Positions 10,289-20,706 of a stretch of DNA of 64,000 nucleotides are shown here, one piece after another. The first letter of the stretch is position 1; each line of letters opens with the position of its first letter. A program made the position numbers and the translations under genes. Origin of the DNA: Coleofasciculus chthonoplastes F2-STO-03 (lineage in GTDB: Bacteria; Cyanobacteriota; Cyanobacteriia; Cyanobacteriales; Coleofasciculaceae); contig JAVJWO010000193.1 in assembly GCA_040222015.1 (NCBI GenBank), positions 81,645 through 145,644 on the forward strand, read 5' to 3'. The notes beneath the pieces were generated by a model, which saw only the letters and a program-made list of their open reading frames with translations, did not search any database and had not been told where the DNA came from.

Positions 10289-10381
10289 GGGTATCCTAGA
10301 AAGCTGATCAAATTCACGATTAATCATAATCATCAGGGAGACGATGGCGCTCTTCCGGAGAGAAGACAGCGCCACAGGGAT

Positions 10382-10477
10382 CTACTTTTCAATCCGAGGC
10401 GGTTCCCGGAACGCGATCGCAAAAAACAGAACGCCTAGAGCGCCAATCAAAACAAAGATATAAATGAGGCTTTCCAT
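10382..10477 (-). CDS. psbT: photosystem II reaction centre protein T (absent from the ORF track)
   Basis: Hand translation [31 protein letters not shown], directly after psbB. Confidence 0.97.
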   Translation of the reverse strand: MESLIYIFVLIGALGVLFFAIAFREPPRIEK

Positions 10478-10546
10478 GTCACAACTTACCCAATTATCTG
10501 CTGTACTACCAGTTTACCTTGCTCAGTCAACCAGAATAGCGAAAGA

Positions 10547-10576
10547 GGCAAAAGAAAAATTAATTTTTCTTTTGCC
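10547..10576. terminator. perfect 30-bp palindrome between psbB and psbT (terminator or processing hairpin)
   Basis: GGCAAAAGAAAAATT-AATTTTTCTTTTGCC. Confidence 0.55.
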
Positions 10577-10589
10577 CTCAATGATTATG

Positions 10590-10617
10590 GTAGAGACGCG
10601 CCATGGCGCGTCTCTAC
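10590..10617. repeat. GTAG-type REP-like palindrome GTAGAGACGCGCCATGGCGCGTCTCTAC
   Basis: Further copies at 23978-24005 and 58651-58678; partial copies at ~61593-61616 and ~63130-63153. Confidence 0.85.
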
Positions 10618-10636
10618 GAGTAGGGGTCTGAAATGT

Positions 10637-12166
10637 TTAGACCGCTTCTTTCTTCCGAGTGGTCTTATCACCCACTTTCTGGAACAGACCGAATTCGACT
10701 TGTTCCTCTAGGTCAGCATCAACCCCAGCAAATACATCTCGGAACAGAGTCCGGGAACCATGCCAGATATGACCAAAGAAGAACAACAGAGCAAATACCG
10801 CATGACCGAAGGTGAACCAACCTCGTGGACTGGTACGGAATACCCCATCCGAGTTTAAGGTTTCACGATCAAATTCAAACGGTTCACCCAGTTGAGCTTT
10901 ACGGGCATACTGCTTAACAACAGCAGGCTCTTCAATGGTTTGACCATCCAAAAGACCACCGTAGAATGTCGCTGTAACACCAGTTTGCTCAAAGCTATAT
11001 TTCGACTCAGCCCGTCGGAAGGGGATGTCCGCCCGAACCACACCATTGGCATCCGTCAAGACAACCGGGAAGGTTTCAAAGAAGTTGGGCATACGGCGCA
11101 CCGTCAATTCCCGACCTTCGCCATCAGTAAATACTGGATGACCTAACCAAGCTTCGGCAATACCATCACCCTTGTCCATCGGACCAGTGCGGAACAAACC
11201 GCCCTTAGCTGGAGAGTTGCCAATATAGTCGTAGAACGCCAGCTTCTCCGGAATCTGATTCCACGCCTCTGAGGGGCTGACTCCGTCTGCCATCGCCATT
11301 TCCACACGGCGATCAATTTCTTCCTGGAAGTACCCTTGATCCCATTGGTACCGGGTTGGACCAAACAGTTCAATCGGCGTAGCCGCAGAACCGTACCACA
11401 TCGTACCCGCGACCACAAACGCCGCAAAGAATACAGCAGCAATACTGCTAGATAGTACGGTTTCAATATTCCCCATCCGCAGCGCTTTAAACAGTCGCTC
11501 TGGGGGTCGAACGGTCAAGTGGAATAACCCAGCAATAATTCCGACAATCCCTGCGGCAATATGGTGAGCCACAATACCACCCGGGTTAAAGGGATTAAAT
11601 CCTTCTGGACCCCAGGCTGGGGCTACAGGTTGAACACTACCCGTGAGACCGTAAGGATCAGACACCCACATTCCTGGACCAAACAGTCCAGTCTGGTGAA
11701 ACGCCCCAAAGCCAAAGCAGAGAAGACCAGATAAGAACAGGTGAATGCCAAACATTTTTGGCAAATCCAGCGCCGGTTCGCCCGTGCGAGGATCTCTAAA
11801 CAGTTCTAAATCCCAGTAAACCCAATGCCAGCAGGCGGCTAAGAACAACAGACCTGCCAGAACAATGTGAGCAGCGGCGACGCCTTCAAATGACCAAAAG
11901 CCGACATCTGTCGCTGTTTCGCCACTAATACTCCAACCCCGCCAGGAGTCAGTGACCCCTAAACGCGCCATGAACGGCATCACGAACATCCCTTGACGCC
12001 ACATGGGATTGAGGACTGGATCACTCGGATCAAATGTGGCTAGTTCGTATAGAGCCATCGAACCAGCCCAGCCTGCCACGAGGGCAGTGTGCATCAAATG
12101 CACAGCAATCAGACGCCCTGGATCATTCAGGACGACTGTATGTACTCGATACCACGGTAGTCCCAT
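10637..12166 (-). CDS. psbB: photosystem II CP47 chlorophyll-binding protein
   Basis: [26 protein letters not shown]; full length 509 aa. Confidence 0.99.
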   Translation of the reverse strand: MGLPWYRVHTVVLNDPGRLIAVHLMHTALVAGWAGSMALYELATFDPSDPVLNPMWRQGMFVMPFMARLGVTDSWRGWSISGETATDVGFWSFEGVAAAHIVLAGLLFLAACWHWVYWDLELFRDPRTGEPALDLPKMFGIHLFLSGLLCFGFGAFHQTGLFGPGMWVSDPYGLTGSVQPVAPAWGPEGFNPFNPGGIVAHHIAAGIVGIIAGLFHLTVRPPERLFKALRMGNIETVLSSSIAAVFFAAFVVAGTMWYGSAATPIELFGPTRYQWDQGYFQEEIDRRVEMAMADGVSPSEAWNQIPEKLAFYDYIGNSPAKGGLFRTGPMDKGDGIAEAWLGHPVFTDGEGRELTVRRMPNFFETFPVVLTDANGVVRADIPFRRAESKYSFEQTGVTATFYGGLLDGQTIEEPAVVKQYARKAQLGEPFEFDRETLNSDGVFRTSPRGWFTFGHAVFALLFFFGHIWHGSRTLFRDVFAGVDADLEEQVEFGLFQKVGDKTTRKKEAV

Positions 12167-12327
12167 CGACTACGCTCCTCCTAGAGATAGAGTTTCTACT
12201 TTGACGCTTCTTTTGAATCAAGATATTAGAAATTGATCTTACCCGCCTAAAAGCGTGAACTGATGACCTTTTTCGGTTATCCTTCATGTTCCAAACAGCT
12301 AGGCGGGTTAGTCTTTGACTTTAAAGA

Positions 12328-12356
12328 AGTGTAACTTTTCTTAGAAACGATTGCAA
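12328..12356 (-). promoter_or_regulatory. putative psbB sigma70-type promoter
   Basis: Minus strand TTGCAA-N17-TACACT about 160 nt upstream of the ATG. Confidence 0.55.
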
Positions 12357-12473
12357 GCAGGGGGAAAGTTTTTAGTGTTGACCCTTCGCTTCGGAAAGAG
12401 GGCATGGTATGTGAGTTACTCCCTCCCCTAGCTCCTCTGCTCCTCTACTCCGAGAGCTACGCGATCGCTTAAA

Positions 12474-12809
12474 TCACCCATCGCTAGTTTCTGAGGAGAG
12501 ATTCAAAACACTCGGCGTCGTGGTTAATCGCTCAACCACTTGTTCTGCACTCATCAAGCGTTTGAGGACAACTTGACCAATAGTTTTTGTGGATTGGGGT
12601 GAAGCATCCGGTGTCGGTTTAACTTCTACCATCAATACCGCATCCTCAACCCGATATAGCCATAACTTTTCCCCCTGTTCCAAGATGCAAAGGTTGAGAC
12701 GGATGATTTCGGGTTCCCGTCGCCAAGCATTGACATTCCAAAGTCCTCCAAACTCCCAAACTCGTCCCACAGTCCAGCCATCGGATAGAAAAAAGTACTT
12801 TACAGACAT
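12474..12809 (-). CDS. hypothetical protein (probably conserved in cyanobacteria)
   Basis: 111-aa ATG ORF with globular composition and no overlap with a better ORF. Confidence 0.75.
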   Translation of the reverse strand: MSVKYFFLSDGWTVGRVWEFGGLWNVNAWRREPEIIRLNLCILEQGEKLWLYRVEDAVLMVEVKPTPDASPQSTKTIGQVVLKRLMSAEQVVERLTTTPSVLNLSSETSDG

Positions 12810-13084
12810 TTGTATTACATTTAGGAAACTGGTGTTCTAGTGCAGCATGGCAAAAGTTGTTTTGTTGTTTTAGTCTGTATTGATAATAGGGGAGATGGGG
12901 AAGATAGGGTAGATGAGAGAGATGGGGAGTCGGGGCGAGTTGAGTCGCATTCCTGCTGAGACCACGATAATAGTGAAAAGAACCCCTCCATACAACCAGG
13001 TTTCCTGGAGCGAACCGCAGGGTCAAAACTTTACCTTTCCCATTTTGCAGCAGGATCAAACCAGAGTAGCTTGGAGGCTGGGCA

Positions 13085-14254
13085 GTGAGTCTGGGTAAAT
13101 GGATTGGCATACTTGTTTTTATCATTTCACTATTTGTTTTGTGGCAAATTCGGCAGATTCTCCTGCTTATATTTGCCGCAATTGTGATATTTAATGCCTT
13201 AAATATTCTGGTAGAACGATTCCAGAGATCTGGAATTCAGCGATTTTTTGCAGTTCTGCTGTCGCTTTTTCTCCTCCTGTGCATTCTGGTCGGATTTTAC
13301 TTCCTAATTGTCCCTCCTTTTACCGAACAATTTTTACAACTGAGTGAGTTAGTCCCTCAAGGTATTGAACAATTAAGCAAATGGATAGAAGCTTTAGAAG
13401 CCGATATTTCCTCGGAATTACTCGATCAGTACATCCCAGATATTAACCAATTACTGCAACAGCTTCCTCCCTTGATAAATCGGGTATTAGGGGGCGGATT
13501 CACGTTTTTCAATAATGCTTTGGGTGTCCTCCTGAATAGTTTGCTTGTTTTAGTATTAACACTAATGCTCCTTGCCGATCCTCACCCTTACCGGAAAAGC
13601 TTTGTTCGCCTTTTTCCGTCATTCTATCGGCGTCGAGTTGATGAAATTTTGCAGCGGTGTAATGAAGCATTGCGAGGATGGCTAGCCGGCATTCTGTTTA
13701 ACATGGCAGTCATTTCATTGTTAAGTTTTTTCGGCTTACTGCTATTGGGAATTCCCCTGGCACTGGCACAAGCTACGTTAGCGGGGATTTTAACATTTAT
13801 TCCCAATCTTGGACCCGTAGTGAGTGTGATCCCACCCATTGCGATCGCGCTGCTAGATTCGCCATGGAAAGCCATTGCTGTATTGATTCTCTATATTGTG
13901 ATTCAGCAGGTTGAAAGTAATTTACTCACACCTTTAGTCATGGCGCAACAGGTATCCCTGTTACCCGCTATAACATTGCTAGCCCAGTTATTTTTCGTCA
14001 CCTTCTTTGGATTTTTAGGGTTATTGTTAGCCCTTCCCCTAACAGTAGTGGCTCAGGTTTGGCTCAAGGAGGTTCTCGTTAACGATATTCTTGACAAATG
14101 GCATCATCCGAGTCACAAGGATGCTCAACCTGTGGCAACAACGTTTGCTGTCTCTCCCACTGCTGATATGGTAAGGGATGAGGGAGATGGGGGAGCTGGG
14201 GGAGCTGGGGGAGCTGGGGAAGCTGGGGAAGCTGGGGAAGCAAATGACCAATGA
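13085..14254 (+). CDS. AI-2E family transporter
   Basis: Multi-TM; FIPNLGP and QQVESNLLTPLV motifs. Confidence 0.9.
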   Translation: MSLGKWIGILVFIISLFVLWQIRQILLLIFAAIVIFNALNILVERFQRSGIQRFFAVLLSLFLLLCILVGFYFLIVPPFTEQFLQLSELVPQGIEQLSKWIEALEADISSELLDQYIPDINQLLQQLPPLINRVLGGGFTFFNNALGVLLNSLLVLVLTLMLLADPHPYRKSFVRLFPSFYRRRVDEILQRCNEALRGWLAGILFNMAVISLLSFFGLLLLGIPLALAQATLAGILTFIPNLGPVVSVIPPIAIALLDSPWKAIAVLILYIVIQQVESNLLTPLVMAQQVSLLPAITLLAQLFFVTFFGFLGLLLALPLTVVAQVWLKEVLVNDILDKWHHPSHKDAQPVATTFAVSPTADMVRDEGDGGAGGAGGAGEAGEAGEANDQ

Positions 14255-14290
14255 CCAATGACCAATGACCAATGACCAATGACCAATGAC
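14180..14290 (+). repeat. short tandem repeats (GGGGRAGCT)n then (AATGACC) x6-7, STRR type
   Basis: Visible directly; the 9-mers encode the transporter tail and the heptamer supplies its stop codon. Confidence 0.9.
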
Positions 14291-14308
14291 GAATAACAAC
14301 TTTTTATC

Positions 14309-15508
14309 GTGCGAACCTTAGCTGATATCAATGATAAAATTCACCATCGACGAGCTGTCGTCTGGACAGTCGAGGAATTAAAAGCGCGAGTCGCCGATAT
14401 CGGTGTCACGCAGGCGGCTAAGAACGTCGATGTGATTACCACAGGTACATTTGAGCCAATGGAGTCCTCGGGCGCGATTATTAATTTAGGTCACACAGAC
14501 CCCCCGATTAAGATTCGTAAATGCTGGTTAGATGGTGTACCTGCGTATGCTGGCTTTGGTGCGGTGGATTTGTATTTAGGCGCGACTCAAGTCGTGGACT
14601 CTACCGATATGGGAGATCTATCAGAGATCGAGGAATCTAGAGAACGGGGTGGTTCTCATGTAATTGAAGACTTGATTGCCGGTAAACCCGTGCAGTTGAG
14701 GGCGATTGGACAGATGACTGACTGTTATCCTAGAGCATCTTGTGATACGACGATTACTCGCGAAACGATTAACCAGTTCTATCTCTACAATCCGCGCAAT
14801 CTCTATCAAAATTTTATCGTCGGCGTCAATGGGGGCGATCGCCTCTTGTACACTTATCTTGGTCCGCTCCACCCCAGATTAGGCAATGCAGTCTACTCCA
14901 ATCCGGGAGCAATTTCCCCGCTACTCAATGATCCCGAACTCAAGCTGATTGGGATTGGTACACAAATTTTCTTGGGTGGGGGTATTGGTTACATCGCTTG
15001 GGAAGGGACTCAACATTTTCCCCTCCAGAAACGCCTACCCAATCATACCCCCATTGGTCCAGCCGCTACATTGGCGTTAATTGGAGATGCCAAGCAGATG
15101 AATCCCAAGTGGGTACGGGGTTGCTACTTTAAAAATTATGGTCCGTCTCTAATGTTGGGCGTTGGTGTACCCTTACCTGTCTTGAGTGAAGAAGTGGTTC
15201 AGCATTGTGCTGTGTCGGATCAGGATATTGTCGCCCCAGTGGTTGATTTCTCGATTCCCCGTCGCGTTCGTCCTACCTTCGGATTAGTTAGCTATGCCCA
15301 GCTGAAGCAGGGGCGCATTACTATTGACGGCAACTCTGTACGGACAGCTCCTTTGGCAAGTGTATTTCGTTCACGGCAAGTTGCTTTGGAATTAAAGCAA
15401 TGGATTGAACGGGGCGAGTTTACTCTCACCGAACCTGTGGCATCCATTCCCATGGATCGTTCCTTTCTGCCTCAGGATCGCTGGGGTTCTCAACTGAGTA
15501 TAGAGTAA
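14309..15508 (+). CDS. DUF39/COG1900 (homocysteine-biosynthesis-family) protein
   Basis: RTLADINDKI, VDVITTGTF.PM.SSG, AYAGFGAVD, NPRNLYQN, YTYLGPL motifs. Confidence 0.85.
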   Translation: MRTLADINDKIHHRRAVVWTVEELKARVADIGVTQAAKNVDVITTGTFEPMESSGAIINLGHTDPPIKIRKCWLDGVPAYAGFGAVDLYLGATQVVDSTDMGDLSEIEESRERGGSHVIEDLIAGKPVQLRAIGQMTDCYPRASCDTTITRETINQFYLYNPRNLYQNFIVGVNGGDRLLYTYLGPLHPRLGNAVYSNPGAISPLLNDPELKLIGIGTQIFLGGGIGYIAWEGTQHFPLQKRLPNHTPIGPAATLALIGDAKQMNPKWVRGCYFKNYGPSLMLGVGVPLPVLSEEVVQHCAVSDQDIVAPVVDFSIPRRVRPTFGLVSYAQLKQGRITIDGNSVRTAPLASVFRSRQVALELKQWIERGEFTLTEPVASIPMDRSFLPQDRWGSQLSIE

Positions 15509-15689
15509 ACTAATCCCACAACTTGAGGTCGTGGGATTAGCCGTCATCTGTCATCTGTCATTTGTCCTTTGTTATATTAACACTTTATTGTTAATTCCTC
15601 ATAGCCGCCCCTAACTACCGCTTCTACCTCATCGGTGAAGCGCAGGATGGGCGGCGGAATCTAGCTCACGTCCTAATCAGGAATCGCTC

Positions 15690-16676
15690 TTAGGAATTAT
15701 CTTTACCTGGCTTGTCCTTACGTTGAACTGGTTTGGATAAGGGTTCTGAACGCTTGGGTGAGCTTCTTTTTCCTGTTGTCGAACGATCTTCGCCCAAACC
15801 ACGACGGGGAAAACTCTTTTTAGGTCTTGACCCTTTGCGTGGACGAAACTTATTCGATCGCCTTTTGGGTGCATGAACGATACCAATATCATTGCCTTCC
15901 TCAATCATCAGGGTATTGGTATGCAGTTTGACGTGCAAATCCCAAAAGTGATTGATCACCTTTTCCCCAAGCAATCCCTTGAGCTGAAGCTTGAAAAATT
16001 TGGTTTTCTCTGATTCTCTGCGGGGAGACTGCTTGATTTTGACGATAACGTCTTCATTCTCCCGCGACTGGTAAATGACTTGACCCCGAATTGAAAAATA
16101 ACCTTCTGGTAATTGCTCTGTTGGTTCAGGTTGAGAATGATCTGGAGACGTTTGTGCCTCAGGGGTTGACTCTTCCGGTGGCGAGTCGGTTGATTCTGAA
16201 GCCGTCGTTGGATCTTGATTGAGTGTTTCCGGTTCCCAAACACCGACAATTTGGACGTGCAAATTTCCGTCTTGTTGTCTTGTGCGAGGATAAACGACCC
16301 AAAGATGGGATAGAGCTAAATCGAGATGGTTTTTCACCAAACTCATGACCCGACCCAGTAAGACGGCATCAATTAAGGTGCCGTCATCTGCCAGTAAAGT
16401 ACCCCTTGTCAATTGCTCTTGAGAGGGCATATATTTTCCCCGAATCAGCCCGATGGCTCGGTACTGCATGGGTTCACTGGGCGGAGGAATGGGTTGTTGT
16501 CGTTGGACATCTGATGGCATTGTCCCGGTTGAATCTGTTGTAGTAGATGAGTTAGTCACGTTTTGAGAATTGCCATTGGGTGGGGCTGAGTGTGGCGGTT
16601 GCACACTGGATGCTTCTGGCAGATTTTCACCAGAAGACTGGGGTGAGTCGGTAGACCGATTCACAGAAGGACTCAT
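15690..16676 (-). CDS. hypothetical protein with low-complexity N-terminus and basic C-terminus
   Basis: GGAGG SD just upstream of ATG 16676; core PIPPPSEPMQYRAIG...HLWVVYPRTR. Confidence 0.75.
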   Translation of the reverse strand: MSPSVNRSTDSPQSSGENLPEASSVQPPHSAPPNGNSQNVTNSSTTTDSTGTMPSDVQRQQPIPPPSEPMQYRAIGLIRGKYMPSQEQLTRGTLLADDGTLIDAVLLGRVMSLVKNHLDLALSHLWVVYPRTRQQDGNLHVQIVGVWEPETLNQDPTTASESTDSPPEESTPEAQTSPDHSQPEPTEQLPEGYFSIRGQVIYQSRENEDVIVKIKQSPRRESEKTKFFKLQLKGLLGEKVINHFWDLHVKLHTNTLMIEEGNDIGIVHAPKRRSNKFRPRKGSRPKKSFPRRGLGEDRSTTGKRSSPKRSEPLSKPVQRKDKPGKDNS

Positions 16677-17000
16677 ATAACCTCCTAGCGGCGGAGACAC
16701 ATTCCCTTGTGGGAGATTTGGACTGACTGCTTGAATTTTAGTTTCTTCAACATCCTTACTGGAGTGGTGCAATAGCTAGAATGACTCTCCTAGCTATGTT
16801 CCCACCGAAAATTAACAAAGTAAGGAAACTCAGTATCAGTCTGCCCATTTTACAAAATGCAGTCATAAGACTGGTACATCCGCAAAGTTTATGGAATCTT
16901 TACTCGCAGCAATCTGCACTCTATTCAAATTTTGGCGGGAAAATAGGGGAGTGGCGATAAATCTGAGTAATCCGTTACACAATAGTTAAGAGGACAAGAG

Positions 17001-17471
17001 ATGAGTGAATCATCCATCAATTCCTTACTGGAGAACCTAAAAAACCCTGACGAAAACGTCCGCAAACAGGCAACCGAAGAACTCTGGCGTATCTGGTTCT
17101 ACCAAAAGGGCATTTCTGGCATGGAACGGCTAGGGCGGACACAGATTTTATTAGAACGTGGGGAAACAGCTCAAGCTGAAGCACTGCTGACCCAGATTAT
17201 TAGAGAGCAACCTGATTTTGCCGAAGCGTGGAATCGACGAGCCGTTCTTTACTACGTACTTAAACAGTATCAAAAGTCAAGGGACGATTGTCAGCAGGTT
17301 GTCCGGCTCAATCCCATTCATTTTGGGGCGCTGCATGGTTTGGGATTATGTTATATGGCGTTAGGAGATTATCAAGCGGCAATTACAGCATTTCGCAGGG
17401 CGTTGGACATTCAACCCTATTCTTTAATTAATCAAAAGTTTATTCTTGAATGCACGGCGCGGTTGAGTTAG
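17001..17471 (+). CDS. tetratricopeptide repeat protein
   Basis: PDFAEAWNRRAVLYY, NPIHFGALHGLGLCY TPR patterns. Confidence 0.9.
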   Translation: MSESSINSLLENLKNPDENVRKQATEELWRIWFYQKGISGMERLGRTQILLERGETAQAEALLTQIIREQPDFAEAWNRRAVLYYVLKQYQKSRDDCQQVVRLNPIHFGALHGLGLCYMALGDYQAAITAFRRALDIQPYSLINQKFILECTARLS

Positions 17472-17790
17472 GAGGAGATGAGGGAGATGAGGGAGATGGG
17501 GGAGATGGGGGAGATGGGGGAGCAGGGGAACCAAGGGAACCAAGGAAGGGGATGTAGGGGCGGGTTTTACAGATAACTTATGGCAAAAACTGATAACTTA
17601 ACTAAACCCGCCCTTCTCCGGTGGCTAAAAATTAGAATGGGCAAGGGTTATGGCTTAAGTTGACACTAATGCACGTCGGTGCGCCCCTACAGTGGGATAG
17701 ATTGTAGGTTGGGTTTCGACTTCGCTCAACCGACTTCGCTCAACCGATTTCGCTCAACCCAACGGAATCTAGGGCGAAGGTTCCTTTACA
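17472..17790. repeat. repeat cluster: GAGATGGGG-type tandems, GTAGGGGCGGGTTT..AAACCCGCCC REP, MITE end, (CGACTTCGCTCAAC) x3
   Basis: Visible directly. Confidence 0.8.
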
Positions 17791-17848
17791 AAAGCCGGAA
17801 ATCCATTGAATAAGGTGTCCTACACCACAACAATCAGGTGAGGTCAAT

Positions 17849-18898
17849 TTGCTGAACATAAATCAACCTAGTCCCTTACAACCAGGCAATTTGCTAAGGG
17901 TGATTGCTCCGAGTGGTGCATTACGAGAGGTTGACGCATTCCATCAGGGAGTGGAAATTTGGCGTCGCCGAGGCTATCGGGTTGAATTGCCAGCCAATTG
18001 GGATGCTAGGGATGGTTACCTGGCGGGTACAGATAACCAACGACGTCAGCAGTTAACCGCCGCTTGGTATGACCCAGACTGTCGGGGGATTCTTTGTATC
18101 CGAGGTGGCTATGGTAGCGCCCGTCTTCTGGAAGACTGGACGTGGAATTCTCCAGTAATATCGCCCCAGGTTGTAGGGGCGGGTTTGACCGATAACGCTA
18201 CCCCAGAAACCGATAACTTGACTAAACCCGCCCTGCTTGGGGAACAGGGGCGCAGCGGCGCACAGGTCAATCAAATTGATCAAAGGAGTCTTGAGCCAAA
18301 ATCCCCTATCCCCAAGTGGCTGATTGGGTTTTCCGATATTACCTGTCTCCTCTGGAGTCTAGCTGGGGTAGGAATTAGCAGTGTTCATGCTCCAGTCTTA
18401 ACCACGTTAGCTAGTGAACCGGAATGGTCACTCAATCGCTTATTTGACTGTGTAGAAGGACGCCCTCTGCCCCCTTTAACCGGGAAGTGTTGGGGTGGGG
18501 GTAAAGTTAAGGGATGGCTTTTGCCAGGGAATCTGACTGTGGCAACTCATCTACTGGGTACGCCGATTCTACCACCGCTAGAGGGGGCAATTCTGGCGTT
18601 AGAGGATGTGACAGAAGCACCTTATCGAATTGACCGCCTGTTGACCCAGTGGCGGATGAATGGCATGTTACAAAAAGTTAAGGGTATTGCCTTGGGACGG
18701 TTTAGCCGCTGCCATCCTCCCCAGAATGTGCCAAGTTGGACGGTTGAAGAGGTATTACGCGATCGCATAACCGATCTTGATATCCCGATTGTATCCGAGT
18801 TGCCCTTTGGTCACGATGGGGTCAACGCCGCTTTGCCTGTGGGACGTTGGGTTGAACTCGATGGGGATCAGGGAACATTATGTTGGAAAACTTCATAA
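17849..18898 (+). CDS. LD-carboxypeptidase (peptidase S66) with in-frame repeat-derived insertion
   Basis: RGGYG, GFSD (Ser), LEDV (Glu), FGHD (His) triad motifs. Confidence 0.9.
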   Translation: MLNINQPSPLQPGNLLRVIAPSGALREVDAFHQGVEIWRRRGYRVELPANWDARDGYLAGTDNQRRQQLTAAWYDPDCRGILCIRGGYGSARLLEDWTWNSPVISPQVVGAGLTDNATPETDNLTKPALLGEQGRSGAQVNQIDQRSLEPKSPIPKWLIGFSDITCLLWSLAGVGISSVHAPVLTTLASEPEWSLNRLFDCVEGRPLPPLTGKCWGGGKVKGWLLPGNLTVATHLLGTPILPPLEGAILALEDVTEAPYRIDRLLTQWRMNGMLQKVKGIALGRFSRCHPPQNVPSWTVEEVLRDRITDLDIPIVSELPFGHDGVNAALPVGRWVELDGDQGTLCWKTS

Positions 18899-18963
18899 AT
18901 AATTGTCAACTGTGAATGGTAAGCTAACAGAGCGTTTAAAAATTTAGATGGGGTAGGTCTAGT

Positions 18964-20025
18964 ATGGCTGGGTTAACCCAGGTTCCTTATTTATTACGAG
19001 CCGCTCGTGGTGAAAAATTAGAACGTCCGCCTGTGTGGATGATGCGACAGGCGGGTCGATATATGAAAGCCTATCGGGATTTACGCGATAAGTATCCCAG
19101 TTTCCGGGAACGCTCCGAAATTCCCGAAATTGCTATTGAAATTTCTCTCCAACCCTGGAAGGCGTTTCGTCCCGATGGGGTGATTCTATTTTCGGATATC
19201 CTTACGCCTCTCCCCGGAGTCGGTATTCCTTTTGATATTGTTGAAAGCAAGGGTCCGATTATTGATCCGCCGATTCGCTCCCAAGCACAAATTGACGGGA
19301 TTCATCCCTTAGAGTTAGAAAAATTAACATTTGTCGGGGAGATATTAAAAGCGCTGCGTCGGGAAGTCGGGAACGAAGCCGCTGTCTTAGGCTTTGTCGG
19401 TGCGCCCTGGACATTAGCCGCCTATGCGATTGAGGGGAAAAGCTCTAAGAATTACTCGATTATTAAAGGGATGGCATTTTCCCAACCCGCCATGCTACAT
19501 GAATTTCTGGGAAAAATCGCTGATGCGATCGCGGTTTATGTACGCTATCAAATTGATAATGGTGCCCAAGTCGTGCAACTGTTCGATTCCTGGGCGGGTC
19601 AACTGAGTCCCCAAGACTACGATACCTTTGCCTTACCCTATCAGCAGCGCGTGGTTGAGCAAGTAAAAGCCACCCATCCGGATACGCCTCTGATTTTATA
19701 TATCAGTGGGAGTGCGGGAATCTTAGAGCGCATGGGCAAATCTGGCGTGGATATTATCAGCGTAGACTGGACGGTGGATATGGCAGAAGCGCGACAGCGG
19801 TTAGGCTATAAAATGAACGTTCAGGGGAATATGGACCCAGGGGTGCTATTTGGGTCACAGGATTTTATCCGCGATCGCATTTTGGATACGATTCGTAAAG
19901 CGGGGAATCGAGGTCATATCTTTAATTTGGGTCATGGTGTCTTACCGGGAACCCCAGAAGATAATGTCAGGTTCTTCTTTGAAACCGCCAAACAGGTTGA
20001 TCAATTGTTGAGTGTTCATGCGTAA
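18964..20025 (+). CDS. hemE: uroporphyrinogen decarboxylase
   Basis: [25 protein letters not shown]. Confidence 0.98.
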   Translation: MAGLTQVPYLLRAARGEKLERPPVWMMRQAGRYMKAYRDLRDKYPSFRERSEIPEIAIEISLQPWKAFRPDGVILFSDILTPLPGVGIPFDIVESKGPIIDPPIRSQAQIDGIHPLELEKLTFVGEILKALRREVGNEAAVLGFVGAPWTLAAYAIEGKSSKNYSIIKGMAFSQPAMLHEFLGKIADAIAVYVRYQIDNGAQVVQLFDSWAGQLSPQDYDTFALPYQQRVVEQVKATHPDTPLILYISGSAGILERMGKSGVDIISVDWTVDMAEARQRLGYKMNVQGNMDPGVLFGSQDFIRDRILDTIRKAGNRGHIFNLGHGVLPGTPEDNVRFFFETAKQVDQLLSVHA

Positions 20026-20340
20026 GAAATTGGGGAAAAGGGGATTGGGCGAAGCCTTCGTGCTGGTATGTTGACAGAAAACCGAGACATCTGGACACGA
20101 ATGCGAGAACCCATACGTTCGTCGGACATGGCGCGTCTGTAGGGGCGGGTTTATGGGCTTTCGTGTCGCTATTGATGATAACGTTTATTCAAAACCCGCC
20201 CTTTCCAAATGTAGAGGTAGGATTTCACTATTGTCGTTTCGTCCATCACCCAGATGTGACTCAATCCGCCCCTGACACAAATTCAGGTGGATCATACAGC
20301 TAAAATCGTGGAATAGATTGTAAGTTGGGTTGACTCAGGT

Positions 20341-20468
20341 TAAGCTGTCATGCATTTAAATTGGGTATTAGTAGCGAGCAAGATGCAAAGCCTGCGGCAT
20401 GGCTTCGCTTAACGCACTACAAGGATTTTACCATTATTGATATTAAGGTTTAAATGCCGAACAGCTTA
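20341..20468 (+). mobile_element. TA-flanked MITE (family A), copy 1
   Basis: TIRs TAAGCTGTCATGCATTTAAA / TTTAAATGCCGAACAGCTTA. Confidence 0.8.
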
Positions 20469-20472
20469 CCCA

Positions 20473-20706
20473 AAGGAATCTAGGGCTAAAGCCCTTACTA
20501 CAAGCCTAATATTTACATAATGTCATATCGGTTAAGTTAGGATCGGATTATCAAGAAATCTCAAATCAAATGGCTCCCAAGCGAATTTTAAGGAATCTAG
20601 GGCTAAAGCCCTTACTACAAGCCTAATATTTACATAATGTCATATCGGTTAAGTTAGGATCGGATTATCAAGAAATCTCAAATCAAATGGCTCCCAAGCG
20701 AATTTT
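20473..20706 (+). repeat. exact 117-bp tandem duplication including the upstream region and first codons of the next gene
   Basis: 20473-20589 = 20590-20706; ATGGCTCCCAAGCGAATT at 20570 and 20687. Confidence 0.92.

Noticed and set aside
10633..12236. Short antisense or alternative-frame ORFs over psbB and other long genes
   Set aside because: Shadow ORFs of well-supported CDSs with no recognisable motifs
14039..14331. Minus-strand ORFs with SLVIGHW or LPQ repeats
   Set aside because: Reading-frame artefacts of STRR heptamers and 9-mers
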